Below, one piece after another: positions 61,916-64,000 of a stretch of 64,000 nucleotides of DNA. Every line of letters begins with the position of its first letter. Position 1 is the stretch's first letter. Made by a program: the position numbers and the translations under genes. The DNA is from Owenia fusiformis. Taxonomy: Eukaryota. Below the pieces are notes generated by a model, which was not told the origin of the DNA, made no database searches, and saw only the letters and a program-made list of their open reading frames with translations. Location: NCBI GenBank assembly GCA_903813345.2, contig CAIIXF020000001.1, forward strand, positions 27,094,001 to 27,158,000, given 5' to 3'.

Positions 61916-64000
61916 TATTTTTCTTCACAAGGCTGCATCTTCAGGTTTCATTACAGTATTATGCTAAGCCACAATATTTTTTGCTTATAATTACCTGATA
62001 TTGAACATAGATAACTCTATTTGGCATTTCTTTTGAAAATATTTCCACATTATCTTTTCAGTTCAAAAGACTCTTTCATGATTTAGAAATGTCTACGTTT
62101 ACTTTGGAGGGCGATCTGACATGAACATATATCTATAATTTTAAGTGAAATGTATTACAGGTTACTAACATCAATGAAAAATATTATAAAGGCTGCATAA
62201 ATTCTTGAAGTCCTTATTAAAGGAAATATTGAAATCAGATTGCATGGCCAGAATATTAAGATAACATAACAAAAGTAAAAATCTTTTCAGTTATCTATGT
62301 TTTTGGTTAGAATGTTGATAACAAAAAACTCTAAATCACATCTTTCAAAAACATATTATAGGAGCTTTTCATATCTGGAGATCTTTTTCACTCACATTTA
62401 CCATATGTATACTCCACTTCATCTACTCTTAATAACTGAGTAAAGAAATAATTCTCAGGATAATTTAATCCATATCCATATTTAGCCCATATGAGTAGCT
62501 AGTATTCGTTTAACATTTTAGCTTCCATAAGAGACCATAAAAACTGCATTTGAGATTGCTGAAATTAAATCAGCATCAAAATTATGAAACCCTCCATAAT
62601 AGTCGGTGCTTAGTGTTACTAACTACGCGCAACAGGGTATTCCTCACATGTGTCATTTATCCAGTTACATATTTTTAATTAGACCTTTTCTTGAGTATTG
62701 CCATGAGGTCGCTCTTGTTCGAATCACTGAGCTCTCTTTGATCCATCTAAGATACCTTTAACCCAAACTATATGCATATCATGTCATCTTTTTTCTCAAA
62801 GTTACATATCAGGTTGGATGTCAGAAGGAAAATTGGATTTTATTTTATCCACTTAGTCACAGTGACATCTGGAAGGCACCATCAAAAAGATAAATTGTTT
62901 CATCGTATCCAAGTTTGAGCGCCACTATTTAAACTTAAATTGATTGTTTTTTTGTTGTTCTATCAATATCAAAAGTCACAACAGACCTCATGTATATTTA
63001 CTCCTAGTCTTTACCTTTGCACTTAAAGATTTGAGGTATAAGTGAGTGAAATGTATACATCTCTGCATAACTAATGCATCACCTTATGTGAATTGTATTG
63101 CAGGAAGTGAATCTCAATCTACAATAACGTACAATTGATCTCTGAGTAAACCTAGAAACATCTGTGTGATTTTTTTACTGAAAAATCATATTTTAGAAAA
63201 ATATTTTATAGAATTTCATGTTTATATTAGCGATATGAATTTTTTAGTTTTGTTCAATACATATCAATGGGACTTTGCTATTTGTTTTAAAAAAATATTT
63301 TCAGATAAGATACAGCCTGTTGTTGGCTTTATTGAAAATTATATTTCACCAAAAATAATCATGCTTTACAGTATTTTAATGTAAGATGAGCATAATTGAT
63401 TTTCATATTGAAGTTTAATAAGTCTTACAAGAATGTAAATACATCATTGAAATGATTTCTAACATTAATAAATTGCAACAGCATCATAAATCAATAATAT
63501 ATTAAATATATTACATATTTTTGCAAGGAATGTAACATACGCATATTGTAAATTAAATTATCAATAACAATGTACAGTGTACACATAGACTCAATAGATT
63601 TTAATGGGTTGTATTATATATCACTAATATGAATTTAAATATATCCTGTTAGGGAATTAGGGGTGTAGCAAATAGGTATCTTTGCCTTCTAATAGAGAAT
63701 TCAGTTCTACATATTAAACAAAATGATCCATGGGGCATTTATTGGGAAAAACAATGGTCCAATCATATTTCATCCATTTTTACAGATATATGTATAAAAC
63801 TTATTGAAGATAGCAACATACTACATTCATCTCTTCTCCCCAACTTAGGCCTTAGTAAGGGTGTTGGATACAAGGTCTTATTGCAAATTTTTTTAGCATC
63901 TATAACATCGATCTACCTTTGATAAATCTATGATAACAGCAACACCAAGGTGCTGCAAATCCCATCAGACGGCCATGGCTGCTATTTTTGAAAATGGCCA

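Noticed and set aside
1-64000. tRNA/rRNA genes and an autonomous transposase or reverse transcriptase
   Set aside because: None recognisable by eye; a covariance-model search was not possible.

Overview
AT-rich animal genomic DNA with spliceosomal introns; the repeat and gene content suggests a marine lophotrochozoan (inference). Contents, left to right: (1) 1-4961, a compact Maverick/Polinton-type module with ~1.17-kb terminal inverted repeats (TIRs) and an ...ACTACT terminus. It encloses only a zinc-finger + A32-like packaging ATPase gene and two small ORFs, and appears to sit in an intron of (2) an S1 serine protease whose last two exons are at 5798-6325. (3) An intronless GT77/Nucleotid_trans-type glycosyltransferase at 7622-8743. 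(4) A 10-kb nest of Helentron-like (HINE/DINE-1-type) non-autonomous elements at 9769-19922. (5) An intronless GDP-mannose 3',5'-epimerase of plant/bacterial type at 25586-26554 (-), with an animal-type 5'-UTR intron; a candidate domesticated horizontal acquisition. (6) A 29-exon, ~1640-aa MUC4/SUSD2-like membrane mucin at 32506-61275 (-), with N-glycan heptad repeats, EGF, NIDO, AMOP, vWD, SEA, TM and an NPxY tail. Many MITEs and minisatellites lie between and within these genes. All calls come from manual reading; no database searches were run.
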